Origin: Neodothiora populina
Taxonomy: Eukaryota
NCBI RefSeq assembly: GCF_041146345.1
Contig: NW_027191406.1
Span: 1,054,001 to 1,118,000, forward strand
Direction of reading: 5' to 3'
Length of the DNA stretch: 64,000 bases
This document shows, in pieces, positions 38,886-51,965 of the stretch; the stretch's first letter is position 1, and every line of letters begins with the position of its first letter. The notes beneath the pieces were generated by a model. It saw nothing but the letters and a program-made list of their open reading frames with translations, searched no databases and was not told where the DNA came from. Position numbers and translations under genes: made by a program.

Positions 38886-40855
38886 GCATCGAGCACACGC
38901 CGTCCCAGCTCTCGCACACTCCAGCCGTGCACTTCGACATGGCGGTCATGGCCATGGACCAGCATAATGCAGCAGCCGATGTCATGCCCGACTTCTCACA
39001 TTCATCTCGGCAGTCGGTGTCCAGCAGAGGCCACGACTCACCGTCGACGCCACCGGTGACCAACGATGACGACAACGACAAGTCAGAGTCAGAGGACACC
39101 AAGACGACGGAAGAGAGGCCGGGATTGTTCAAGATCAACACGAATGGTGAGAAGACGCAGGACAAAGACCCTGACATTGTAGACGTTTACTTACACCTCG
39201 ACCGAATGACAGACTACCGATCAACCGCTCCCAGAGTCGAGCTGGTCAGGACCGAGTCTGCTGCCGCCGCCGACGAGCTATACAATCCCGAATTCTCTCA
39301 GCCCTCGCTTTCCTCCACTCCCTCGTCGACGCATCTGCAGCCCAGACGCCGGGAGAAGACGACGGACCCCAGCCACCTCTCGCCGAGTCGCAACCTCGTT
39401 CAGGACCGCATCCGATCAGCCAACGACATGCGCTCCCGTTCGCCCACGCATTCTCAACGCGAGAAGTCACCCTTCCGACCCGGCTCACCGCTCGCTCCAC
39501 CCGTTGACGCGTCCCGTCGCTCCGACGCCTTCAAGTCGCCCAGCGCTTTCTTCACCAGCGCCGCCGACGCAAGGAGGCAACAGATCGAAGAGGCCAGCGC
39601 CAGAGAAATGGACAGACACATGCCCAAGCCGAGTCTGACGAGAGAGGCCACAAAGACCATGTCGCCGAGGGACGCCGTGCTCGACTACGACATCGACGCC
39701 ACGACGGATATGCCGCTGTTTCCAGATGCACTACCCGCCGGCTACCAGAAGCACGTCGGTCCCTCCGAGTACTACACCAACAACTTCCTCGATGCCTCGA
39801 CCCAAGGCTTCGGCGGTTCGCTTGCATCGCAAACTTCGAATATGGGCGCCTTCAGGCCGCAGCAGCAGCAGGTCACGGATGTGCCGACAAGCTCTGGTGG
39901 CTTTGACTTTTTGCAGATGCAGCAGCAGCAACAATTACAGCAGCAGTTGCAGCAACAACAGCAGCAAGAGCAACAGAGGCAACAGCTTCAACAGCAACAG
40001 CAGCAGCAACAGCAGGCTCAGGCTCAAGCGCAGGCCCAACAGCGGCAACAACAGCGGCAACAACAGCAGCAACAACAACAACGGCAACAGCAGCAGCAAG
40101 CTCAACAACAGCAATATCAACAGTCTGCCGCTCAAAGTCAACCCTCCAACAACCCTTACACCGCTCCCCAATACCGTCCGACGTCTTCTCTCAACATGGA
40201 CAAGACCCCCGACTTCCCTGCCCATCTGACTTCCATGGAGTCCAGCATCAGCGATGCACCAATGTCAAGTCAAGGCAGCGCGCAGTCAGAGGCCGTCATC
40301 CAGCGTCCTGCCGACACATCGGCCGCCACGGGAGGCTACACTTGCACTTTTCACAATTGCACGCAGCGTTTCGACTCGCCCGTAAAGCTGCAGAAGCACA
40401 AGCGCGAAGTCCACAGGACACAGAGAGACATTTCTACCTCTCTGTCATCCGCCCCACCTACGACAGCCACTTCCTCGGTCAACAACTCCGTTTCGCCAGA
40501 TCCGTCACACGACGGCAGCGAAGGCAGCGTGGGCAGCGTTGGAAGTGTCGGATCGGGCATGACGTCCGCCGCCCTCGCCGCCCGCAACTCTCAAGCCGGT
40601 CCTCACAAGTGCACGCGCATCAACCCGTCGACAGGCAAGCCCTGCAACACCATCTTCTCGCGGCCCTATGATCTCACCCGCCACGAAGACACGATCCACA
40701 ACCGTCAAAAGGTCAAGGTGCGATGCGAGTACTGCAGAGAAGAAAAGACGTTTTCGAGAAATGACGCTCTGACTAGGCATATGAGGGTCGTGCATCCCGA
40801 GATCCAGTGGGATGTCAAGAGAGGTGGAAGGGGACGAGCGAGCGATTCGTATTGA
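38057..40855 (+). CDS. RPN4: C2H2 zinc-finger transcription factor Rpn4 (proteasome regulator); start uncertain (38057 or 38402)
   Basis: 'HKCTRINPSTGKPCNTIFSRPYDLTRHEDTIH...CEYC...FSRNDALTRHMRVVH' is Rpn4-type. Extra finger 'CTFHNC...HKREVH', polyQ/polyN tracts, probable intron 39147-39212. Confidence 0.85.
38288..38342. repeat. (CA)n/(GACACA)n microsatellite within the Rpn4 5' ORF
   Basis: acacacacacacacacacacagacacagacacacacacagacacagacacagaca. Confidence 0.95.
38832..38885. repeat. (AAC)n coding microsatellite (poly-Asn) in Rpn4
   Basis: Uninterrupted aac run. Confidence 0.95.
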
Positions 40856-41796
40856 GAGGAGTTTCCTTTGCTGTATTGTTTCTTTTGATGATTATCACGA
40901 TGAAAAAGGGAAACGGTCTGAACTGACGGCATGATGCTTTTTGTTTTTGTCTCTTTTCCTATTCTTGCAATTGATTTTGAAAATGGACGAATCTCCTTTC
41001 TTGTCTCATTACCACTAGCATTTACTTATCTGGGAGGAGTCCTTGTTTTTATTTGCTCTTTTGCTCTGTGGCGCCTGCATCATTCCGAGGGTAGCGTTGG
41101 AGAAATGGAAAAATGGCATCTTTTAGGCGAGGAGACTACTCTTGCTACTTATACAACCTTGTTTCATCCCTTTCCACTGCTCTTCATTCTGTGTGCATTT
41201 CATATTGCCAGTGATTTCTGATTCGGGGAACACAGACAGACAGTTGGGTTGGGAGCAACCAGAAGTGGAGTAAGTGACCCGGACTGGCCAAGTATTTTTT
41301 TGTCTCCATCTTTATTCCTTCCTCCCCTTCGATTAGTTCAATATCGAGTCTACCTCTGCATGTTCTTGGTTCTCTGATCTCTACACGTGGCTCCGTCTTG
41401 TATTCCTGACATCCGCATCCATCATTCTTCGATCTCTACATCTCTCCATATCGATATCCATCTCTCTTGCCCGTCCTCTCTTGGCATATCTGTATCGAGC
41501 CAAGTACATCGAATGGTCACTCTGTTGACGATGTCATCGCAGCTATGGAAAAAAGTCGTTGTTTTGATATTGTATCATCATTACTGTTAGTGTTCGCATC
41601 GTTATCATTATCTTTTTTTTATCGTCGTTAGTTGGTCCCCGAGTCTAGTATATTTACAATCAATCGCCAATCGCCTCCACACCAGTACAGAAGGAACATG
41701 AAAAGATCAGAGCTTCGAGAACTGCCCCTTTACTCGGGACCAGTCGATTCTCACGAATCTGCGTTTCTAGCTCTTGCTCTTGTTTCTTTGATCTCA

Positions 41797-42663
41797 TCAT
41801 CCAAAGGCTTGAGTAAGGCTGTACGACACGACCAGCTCGTCGTTGATCTTGAAACACTGTATAGAAGTCAGTCGTCTATCGGACAGCAAAAGAGATTGAA
41901 CAGAGAAAAAGAAAAATCTCACCCTCCATAAATTCCCAATCCCCTCATCGAGCCCCGGAGCGAAGACACTATTGATATAACAACAGACCGACTCGTCGTC
42001 CTTGACCTATTTGCCTATCAGACCAACCCTCGTTTTCCTTTTTGTTACTTACCAGCAAGAAAAGGGGGGTTAAAATTGACAAAAAGAAGGGGGAAAAAAA
42101 GAGGTGAACAATACCTTCAACCTCCGCCTCAGGAACAAAACGACATACTCGAAATTGCGCAAACTATCGCACTTGAACCGCGGCTGTTTCATCGCAGGCG
42201 TGTTGGGTAGGGATTTGAGATGAATCGTGACTGTTTTTCTCTCTCACGTCAATACCCATCCCACTCCCACAACCATTCCCAATCCCCATGTCCACCCTGT
42301 CCAACAACAACTAGAAAACACCAAGAAAGAAAAGGCACGACACGTACTACGTTCAGGCACGCCCGCCCTGCCCGCCTCGCTCAGCACCCGATGCGTATCA
42401 AGCGGCAAATGATCCAGGATCAGCGACGCGGCCATGGTCATTGGCATTTCGGTTTCTTGCTGCCTTGCTGCTGGGCCGCTTGCGGCGTCGTCGAGCAGGA
42501 GTTCCGCCGAGGGCGAGTCGGCCACCATGTCTGGTGCTGATGCTGATTGCTGCAGCGGAGAAGATTGAGATGATGTGGACGAGGCATGTTGGTCTTGGTC
42601 TCGAAGATGGGGATGATGGGGATGATGCAGAGGGAGGTGCTGGCTTTTCTTGCTGGGATCCAT
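41797..42663 (-). CDS. ATG12: Ubiquitin-like autophagy protein Atg12 (4 exons)
   Basis: '[13 protein letters not shown]', '[15 protein letters not shown]...FLRRRLK', '[26 protein letters not shown]', '[19 protein letters not shown]' with terminal Gly. An alternative start lies at 42528. Confidence 0.9.
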
Positions 42664-43451
42664 GTTTTGCTTGTTCCGTGGGCCGTAGGGCCAGATGATG
42701 GGTAGGGCAGTATTCCTTCTTGTTTTTTTGGTGCTTATAATCCGGTCTGGGAAGTGTGTGTTGTGTACTACATGTATAACAACTACAAATAGGTGGAGGT
42801 GGAGTACTACCGCAAGACAGGCAGAGGCCACAGACAGACAGGTCTTGGCGCTTGCCTGACTACCTACAACAAGAAACCCGCCGATATACTGTAACACCTG
42901 CGCTCAAGTCATGTCAAAACGGTTATTAGAAAAGTACAGTGGTTATACAACAATCGCTCGATAGTAAGAGGGGTGTATCATTCGCTAGCATAGAAAACAA
43001 GAAAAGAAAAGAAAAAACCACTAATCCTGCTGAAAACACACCCCCGCTGTGACGGCAAAGGTCTATCCTCGGATCTAATCAACTGTAAACGTACAGAGAG
43101 GTGCATGGCTACGATAAAAAGGCGTTTCCTTTTTCGTAGACACTCCAACGCCATTCGCATTTGCCCGCCTAGACCATCCTGTTGTGCCTGTGTGCGCCTG
43201 ATAATCACCCAATGTTCTTTCTCTTCGTCACTTTGCCCAGAAACGAATGATATCACGCCACGCGTGACTGATGTCTCCCTCCGAACCTTGTCATGCTCCG
43301 TTGATCGATAGAAAAAAACGCCCACGAAGAACGCCCGCTGTGGTGTGTATTGATTAATCCTTAACATCATATTATGCCAAAGATAAAAGCTCAAGCTTTG
43401 TTCTCTTGCCACTGCAGCAGTTGGGAAATATCTGCATTGTTTGACTTGTGC

Positions 43452-45837
43452 TCAATCTCCTTGTTGCTGTAATGTCCACCTCCGCTTGTGGACTCCCCTC
43501 TCTCTTGACACAAGCCCAGACGGAGCCGAGCCCCACAAGCCCTTCTGCGAAAGGCTCCTGTTCAAGCTGTTCGGCACTGCTGAACCAACAGCAGGCAAGT
43601 CGCTGATGGCGCTGTCGCTCTCGAGTTCCACTTCTCTCGCCTCGGCGGCAGCTTTGTGCTCGTTGGGTGTCAAACTACCAGATGTGTTCCTTGGCGAGAC
43701 GTTGTCCGTAGCTCTTTGTGCATCCAGAGCGAGTCGAGACCTGGACGAAGGTCGAGATGTCGGTCGTGACGTCGGTCGCGATGTTGGCTGAGACGCCGGA
43801 CGCGACGAGGGCCTAGATGCATCGGGAGAAATGGAGGAGTCCAGAGCGAAGTCGTGGCCAGGCGAGGGCGGCTTCTCGACACTTGGAGAAGACCACAATC
43901 CGGTGGGGCTGTTCGTGTTGACCTTCATCTCTTCGAGTGCCGACTGAACTTGTGCCGCCGCGGCCAAGCTATAAGTTCTCATTCGCTCCGGCCGTGCAGT
44001 TGCAACTGATCCTCGGCGCATACCGCTTGGTCCGATGGTAGAAGCCGATCTGCCAAGTCCGACTGGCTCGCCAATATTGACACCCGCGTCGGCAGCTGGG
44101 GAAGAATCGACACCGGTGAACAATTGAGGCCCGAAGCGTCGCCTCGAATCCGGCTTCTTCTGCGAAGACAGCAGAGGCGAGGAGGATCCTTGCGAAGTCT
44201 GGGCGGGGTCAACACCAGGACGTAAATGCTCAGAGGATGCGATGACTCTGAGATCGTAGGCGTTTCCGAGGCCATGGTCGGTCGAGTTGCGACGAACGGG
44301 AGGGCGAGCACGACCAAGCGGATCAGTATCCTCGGCGGCAGGCGTGGCCACAGCGCTGGGAGGCAAAGAAAAGTCGGCGTCCTCCTTGCGCACGGCGACT
44401 GTCAGAGATGCCATGCCCACATCTAATAGCACAGGCTGGTTGGTCAAGGCACCGATGAGGGCATTGCAGCCTGCACCGTGGGTGACAAGAATCAGCACCT
44501 CATCCACGTCTTCATCCTCTTCCGTCGGCGTGTGTCCTCTGGCGACCTCTTCGTCGTGATGGCGGCCGTACCAGTCAATCATGCTGTTTATTCCCCTCCT
44601 GAAGCGTCTGTGCATGGCGCTCCATTCCTCGCCATAGGAACCTCCGTCGCCCCAATAAAGAGGTTCGCGCATGCTGTCCCAGTGAATGTCGACGTCCACG
44701 CAAGAGTCCTTGGCATGCGCAACATAGCCACCGGGAATGGGGTCGGCAGGCGACATTGCATAAGTCGGCGTGGGAGGCACATATCCGGTGGAGCCATCGT
44801 GTTTGTCTGCGGGGATGCGGAAGGGACTCGATCGGCCGTGGGAGGATTTTCCGTGGTTGATCGAAGTGGGAGCGGTGCCGGAGCTGTTGGAGCGGTCTCT
44901 TCTGGTCGGGGCGGCATGATGACCTGTTTGGTCGGCGGAAGAGTGCCTGCCGGCTGCCCACATGCCCACTGCCTTGGGGGGCGTGGGGGTATAGTTCGCA
45001 ATCTCCTCGCTCTTCCTCATCAGATTCGCCTTTGCGCCTGCCAGCATCATGGCGCTGTTCGGCGGAGGCGTGATGGACTCGAAATAGTCGGGGGAAAGCC
45101 ACTCGCCCAGGAAGGCGTCGACGCGCAGAGTGACCCTGTCGGGCTGGGGAGGCAGCTCTGAGGTCGGCGACTTGAGAGCCTGCTGCTGGTGCTGGTGCTG
45201 CTGGTGATCCTTGTCGTCCTTGAGGTCTGGGATATGATGAAGGGGCTCGGGGATGGGCTCGAGTCTCGGCGAGTCGACAGCGTACAGTCTAGGCGACGAA
45301 GAGCGCAACTGACTCACGGCCTTGACTCTGGCATCACTGCCCTTTCTCGCCAGCGGGGGCAGTCCCTCGTACTGCGAGATACCGGCGCTGATGCCTATGC
45401 TGGTCTGGACACATCGTCGGAATGGTGATGAGTGTACGAAGATCTTGTGCTTTCTCTTCTTCTGTTTTGAGCTGCTGCCGTTCTGCTGCGCACTGTTGCT
45501 GTTGAATGATTCACCATTGCCATTGGGCTTGGGCGAGTTGGCGGGAGAACTGCTGGCGCTCTCGCTCTGCTGCTCGCGCGCCTGCAACAGACTGGCGATG
45601 CGCAGACCTAGAGCTCTCGACTGGATCCAGCCTCCGTATGTGAGCGGCGGGTCATAGGGTGTCGGAGAAGTGAGATGCCAGCTTCTGTCGGCTGCATCCA
45701 AGCGAGCTCCATGTCTACATGGCACAGTCAATTTCCTGGTTGATGCTGTTGCTGCTGCTGCATGATAAAACACGATCAGAGATGGCGATAGACTTGACTT
45801 ACCTGACAATGATGACGACTGCGGGCGCTTTCGCCAT
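43452..45837 (-). CDS. Phosphoglycerate-mutase-like histidine phosphatase family protein
   Basis: 'MAKAPAVVIIV|RHGARLDAAD' (intron 45715-45802), 'HSSPFRRCVQT', 'LGEWLSPDYF', 'LVTHGAGCNALIGAL'. Confidence 0.88.
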
Positions 45838-47199
45838 GGTTGCGGGGACCGACTATGCACGATGGCTGACGGTATCGGAATGAAACAACTAAAGTAAATT
45901 CCTTCGGTTGGTAGACAGGACTCAAATAGGCCGAATTATGTTGGGTCTTGTGGTACCGCGGTCGATCGAGTTACACAACAGAAGAAAAGAAAAAGTGGGA
46001 GATTTGGTTCAATGCAAAGTGTGCTTGGGATGTTGCGATATAGGAAAGCACATGGCCGAGAACAGAGAGAAAGAGTGTGAAGGCGAAAGAGAGCGAGATG
46101 GAGAAAGAGACAGTTGAAACACTAAATGGTTACTTTCGGTCTTAGTGCAACATTTACAACAAGAGAGAATGATCTCCGGGAGAATCGCCTCTTCTTTCTC
46201 GTTTTCTTTTAATGATTGGAAAGAGGCTTGTGACTACCGACTACTTGAGACGACCGCTTGCTTGGGTTGGCCACTACATCTTCTGATTCCTGGTCTTCTT
46301 CTTCTTCTTCTGCCGCCTCTGCCTCTTGACCCTCTTCTTTTGAGGCGAATAACACCTGCTTTTCACCTTATTCGGGCGCATCTATCACCGATTCCACAAC
46401 ACAATGCCTGCCCGCCGCTCGATCGCTCTACTTGCTCCGGCCCCGCGCGACGCCAGAAACCTTGTCGGCGTCTGCATCACTTGCATCACTGTGCACAGGT
46501 GCCGCATTTCATCATCATAATCCCTTCCCTTCTCTCAAAAGCTCCCACACTCTCCCTGTTCGCATGTGACGATTATGTGACCGGGAATGCTATCCTGTGA
46601 AAGTACAAGTCCCTCTCGACCCCACTGCTTCACTATTTGTCTGTCAAGTCTGCCCTATCGATTGTACGACTTCTTTTGTGCTTCTTCTCCACCCTGTCTA
46701 CTCCCCGGGACATTGTTGCCCGGATATATTACTAGACGGGTAAATCGAACCCTTGGTCACACTACCTACCTACTGATCAACAGCAGATTTTGACGGACTT
46801 CATTTCACTTGCTTGGTCGCTCATGTGGTTTCTAGTCTGTTCAATATCCTCGCCACGGTAATGATCCACGCGCACATAAGCCGAGACAGTGATCCGTAGA
46901 CACAATCTCTCATCCTCTGATGCGAGGTGAGAAGTCTCGTCACAGGTACATGTCTCTCCATTGCCGCAGCTTCAAGCGGGGCATGAGGGGAGGGGCGAGG
47001 CCGACGCCATTTCATCGGTAGCTAACGCTCTGGTCTCGTTTCAGGAACGTCATGTTTCTTGATCCTGGACCATACAAGCTGGCCCTGTCGAACACGGCGA
47101 GCAAGACTTTTAGGATCTATGTTTCCGCTACAATCAGGCAATCCTTGATATGTCGTTGAATACTACCCTAAATAAGGTATGCATGCTTATGTGTGCTAT

Positions 47200-48143
47200 T
47201 TACTGCAGATAATCCTCTCCTGTCTCCTTGGCAATCACGTCAAAAAGTGGCTTGGCCGAGAAATACCCTGCGCTGGGCGTGCCGATGGCGTTATATGTAA
47301 ACTGCGCATCCTCTTCATCAATCTTGATCGTTTGACCTCCTCTGCCACCTGCTGCTGCATCTGCCATCAGCTGTGCGTGTGCACACTTCTCTGCGCTGAT
47401 GAACCAGAACACCGCTTCCTCGACCGTTCGACCGACCGTGAGAAGTCCGTGGTTCTGTAGAAGAGCCGCTTTCTTGCCACCGAGGCATCGCGCGATATTG
47501 TGCCCTTCCTCTGCTGCCAGTACGATGCCGTTGAACGACTCATACACGACGTGGTCATTGTGGAAGGCGCAAGAGTCTTGCGTGATGGTGTCGAGTAAAC
47601 GGCCAAGCGTGCAGAATGACCTGGCATACAGACTGTGGCTATGAGCTGCCGCCATCACGTCTGGTCGGGCCTGATGGATGGCCGAGTGGATCATGAAAGC
47701 TGCAGTATTCAAGAGCCTGTATGCTCCTCCCTCAATGACCTCGCCCTCCTCACTGACCCTAATCAGATCAGACTTGTTGATCAGAGAGAAGGCAAGACCA
47801 AAAGGATTGACCCAGAAGGTATCTGGCTCCACTGGATCACGGATAGTGATGTGCCCAGCTACTCCTTCGTCGAAGCCGTATTTGCCGAAGATACGGAAGG
47901 CTGCCGCCAGGCGACCCTTGAGATATTCGCGCTCCTCATGCTTGTCTTCGAACTTGGGAGGTCTGCGTTGGTCGTCAGCTTTGAACACCGATATCGTCCG
48001 AAACATAGAGGTCACCTTGGGAACTTGGCCTGTTTGCCCTTGGCCGATGACTTTGCGATGCCAGGCTCATTGGTGGCGGTCGAAGGCGTATGGTCGTCGT
48101 CCTCGCCTTCGTATCCGTTGGCAGTTACTGCATGAGGCGCCAT
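47200..48143 (-). CDS. Class II aldolase/adducin family protein
   Basis: 'FP|RPPKFEDK' (intron 47963-48015), 'FDEGVAGHITIRDP', 'IHSAIH', 'AAHSHS', 'LLQNHGLLT'. Confidence 0.92.
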
Positions 48144-48944
48144 ATTCACAGCTTTCTGTTTGGCGTACTTGGATAGTTCAATCGATAATGAACGATTCGA
48201 ACTTGACAATTATCAAACTATCAAGGTAAGTTAGATAGGACGATTCGATGGTCGATACGACAATTCACTCGCCCTTCCCTTTCCGGTCTGCCTATCACGG
48301 GCTACCGATTACAAGAGCGGGGCTTGCCTGCATGGAAATGCGGGGTGAATTCTACCTTATTCACTACTACTCGAACTTGTAGAGTCATGTCAACTTCCCG
48401 TTCTACAAGGGACCGAAGGTAGTGGATACACATGTACTATTTATCGTAAAACGAGTCAGATGGTGCCTCGGCTTTGTTATAGGCCATGTATATCGGTTCA
48501 TCCAGCTGATTCATTTCCTATCACACACACTTCTTACTGCTTGCTGATCATAGGATGTCGCATCGATCTATCACATTTTCACGCCTGCCTGACTTTTACT
48601 CCAATCACCCATCCTCCCTTTCCCCCTTATGTAACCTGTCTAAGTATACAAAGGAATTCATCCCTGGTCATTGTCGAAGTAGTCATTGAAGAATTGTTGA
48701 CAACTCATCGAGTAGTCATTACCTAGTCATTGAGAAATCATTGACTACCAATCGAAGACTTATCGACTCTCCAATAGACAGTCGTTGCCTGCTCATCGGG
48801 TGGTCACTGACTTGCAATGAGCTCCTTCGTGTACAATCTCTTACAATTGTCTCCTCAAGCTAAGCTGCCGAGGTTCATCAGGTCCTCGACATTGGTATCT
48901 AGAATATATTGTGTGAGTCGGAAGGAGAGATGGCATCACGTGAC

Positions 48945-49051
48945 GCAGCTTTAGCTCACTTGGGAGAGCGCCAGACTGAAGTTCCACTTTAGTCCAACAA
49001 GCATTTCTGTGCGGTATCTGGAGGTACTGTGTTCGATCCACAGAAGCTGCA
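48945..49051 (+). tRNA. tRNA-Phe(GAA) with 34-nt intron (48982-49015)
   Basis: GCAGCTTTAGCTCACTTGGGAGAGCGCCAGACTGAAG-intron-ATCTGGAGGTACTGTGTTCGATCCACAGAAGCTGCA. Stems pair and T-rich sequence follows. Confidence 0.93.
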
Positions 49052-49261
49052 ATCTTCTTTTGTCATTTTCTTCTTCTTGCCTTTGTTTTCCTTTTTGTGT
49101 GTTTGATTTTCCGCTTCACTGGATTATATTTTCGTTTGTGTAGGTGGATGGAGGAGATGATTATTGAGACTGATGTACTCATTCAGCTGAGGCATCCTGC
49201 CTCTACGGCCATTATGCTACCTAGTTTACCGTGATCTCAGGTCAGGTGCTATGACTCCAGA

Positions 49262-50769
49262 TCACTCTCCATCAAGATCGCCCTCATCTTCTGCATCAGC
49301 ATCGCCTAGTACAACATCCCCTTCCTCATCCTCATCTCCGCCCTTAGAAGCGACGACAGCAGCAGCACTGCCATTAGTCGCCATCTCAGTCTTGTCCAGA
49401 CTCTCCTGGTCAAGAACCACAAACCCCTCCCTGACACGCATGGTCTTAATCAGCCCAATCCTGATTTTACAACTCGCATGCGCATTCCAACTACTGTCCT
49501 GCCCCTGAGTAAGGTTTGCACCATCACGAACACGACGAGGACACGTGCGGCTGTGATGCATTCGGACATCTTCAGGGTGACTGAAGCCTGCGCCGCAGAG
49601 GGCGTGGATGTAGGGTTTGTTGGGTCTGGAGAGGATTGCGCGGCGAGTCGGGTAGATGGGCCCTACATGAGTGATGTTTGAAGCGGAGATGAGAGTTTGG
49701 TTGGAGGATTTTGGGGTTGGATGTTTTGCTTCTGGTGAGTCCTCTGCGACATCTTCCTGAATCTCCGGAATCGAGACGTAGAGCTCGGGATTGGTGCCCA
49801 ATTTCGCGAGAGCCTCGAGCGTCTCGTCTAGCTGTTGCTTGCTCAGTAGTGGGAGTTCGGATGCTGCTTCACCTGCGGCTAATGTTGCTTGATTGCCTAT
49901 CTTGGCTAGAGACGAGAACATCTCGCCCAGCCGCTCTTCGCTCAGTGGCGGGAATGTCGTAGCCGGTCTTGTCATGGTCTCGTCCGACTGTATCAGAGTG
50001 GCTTCATTTGAGCTGTTATCAGCAGCCGACACTGATTGCAGGTCTTCCATTTGTTGGAATGAAGTGACTCTGTTCTGAAGAGGGTGATCTGAGGTAGAGT
50101 GCTCGAAGTACGCATCGGTACCGGAGGCGACATTCTGATCACGCATCAATCGATGTATGCATTCCACGACTGCATCTCTCCCAGCAGTCATAGGCTGGGT
50201 AGACTCATTGGTAGAAGATGGAAGACTAGACATCGTCTCATGAACCACGTTAGCGCCTTGAGTTATCTGCGCAAGCAACGATCCGGGTTCAGCACCAATC
50301 GCTGCGCGGGAGCCTTGTTGCGGGCCACTCCTGACCCTCATCGTAGGCAGCCCACTAACAGGAAGTCCAATCCGAAGGCACAGCTGCAAGAAGTCGTCGG
50401 CATCGCCCAGTGCCTCTTCGACAGCAGCATGGACCCACTCAAGATCTTGTGTCTCGTACTGCGCAACGAAGACGCGGAAATTGGTAACGAGATGATGAGC
50501 CGCAGCCCCATGGAAAAGTGCAAGCACCAAGACGTAGAGCTGGAACTTGTTCACACGTCCCTCGTTGTAGCAGCGACACAGTGCTGCGAAGGTGTCACAG
50601 ATATCTGGTCTGCTGTGGAAGTGATCCTAATGCATCGTTAGCAACGCTTTTTGTACAGAAACGCAGGACCGGGACTCACGACGACTGTACGGTAGAAATG
50701 AAGCTGTGCTACTGGAGAAGTCGGGTTACCAATCGTGTTTCTCAGGTCGTCGAAGTTGATCAGTGCCAT
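49262..50769 (-). CDS. Hypothetical protein (~484 aa) with an N-terminal Sin3-like PAH domain and a C-terminal zinc-finger-like motif
   Basis: Exon 1 50680-50769 and intron 50627-50679 (GTGAGT...GCTAAC...TAG) join in frame to ORF 49262-50554. Confidence 0.7.
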
Positions 50770-51874
50770 GCTGGCGGCTTGTATCACATCAGGTCTTGGT
50801 TGGATGTAAAACGATAAGAAAATATTCACTTCGTTTGATGGTCGATGTAGCGAGCAATCCGGTGCCTTTGTCACGAAGTGACAGAACGATCACTTACGGC
50901 GGTCCCGTATGTCACACGCCTCTTCTACACAAGGTATGACATCGCCTCTTCCACGCTGCGTATGACATCGTGCTGTCGAAACCGGGGCAAGGAGACCAGC
51001 ATGGACAAAGCAGAGATCGACTCGTCTTACTGGCTCCTTGCAGTCCTCGGCATGTACTTCATAGTGTAGACTATTGCTGGTTCTCACGGTCTGTGGGAAA
51101 CGTGTTCGTGCCTCTATAGCTCATGCTTTGTTCTTGATAGAGCTTACAATAAGACACAGATGGCCATGTTAAACTATGATACTCCGCGGTCGTCCTACAC
51201 TAGGCAATATCAGAGCTTCGAGGAAAGATATCGAGAGTATGAGTTGTTGGCTCGATCGTTTTAAAGCTCACTATAGGTGCCTTTTCTACCTATCATTGTG
51301 AGTGTACGCAAGGACGGGACTGCTGGAACATTGAGTTGAACAGCAGTGCAGGCGTTTCATCTGTTTATAAACCGCTCTGTCTTGGTTCACCACACTAAGG
51401 CGGCATATGACGAATCGTTGTATCAGTCTCTAGAGACGTGCTCGAGTCGTGTATTACGCCGGTTATCGTGTGTTAAGGTCGTACGGCCACCAGTATCAAT
51501 ACCGTGTATCGCCCCAGTCAGTGTCGAGCACATACTCACTTTCACGTTCCAGAGGCCGCATCTCTCAACAGGCAAAAAGCATAATATCGTTCTTGTCATC
51601 GCCACCAAGCAAAACCAACTCCCATAGCCTGTTTCGTTATACGAATGGTCCAACAAGTAAAATAAGAGCGTCGGAGTATCTTCAAGGCCAAGACGTCCCA
51701 ACTTCCTTCCGCCGCTCCAGGTATTGCTTCAAACCAAAAACCGACCAAAAAGAAAACCCGAAACTCACAACTTCACATCCGTCGCCGTTCGGCCTACACT
51801 CTCAACCCCGCATCCATGACGTGAAGCAGAGCAACAAGGGAGCGAAAAGTGAGCAAAAAGTGAAAATAGAATAA

Positions 51875-51965
51875 TGGTCAGTACGGGGGTCGAACCCGCG
51901 ACCTTGGCGTGCCAGATAGGCAGAAGCTATTAGCACCACGCTCTAACCAACTGAGCTAACCGACC
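51875..51965 (-). tRNA. tRNA-Ile(AAT) with ~17-nt intron
   Basis: GGTCGGTTAGCTCAGTTGGTTAGAGCGTGGTGCTAATA-intron-ACGCCAAGGTCGCGGGTTCGACCCCCGTACTGACCA. Confidence 0.95.

Noticed and set aside
49146..49197. GGATG...CTGA...CATCC as a box C/D snoRNA
   Set aside because: No canonical RTGATGA box C, too short, and it lies in the 3' flank of another gene.
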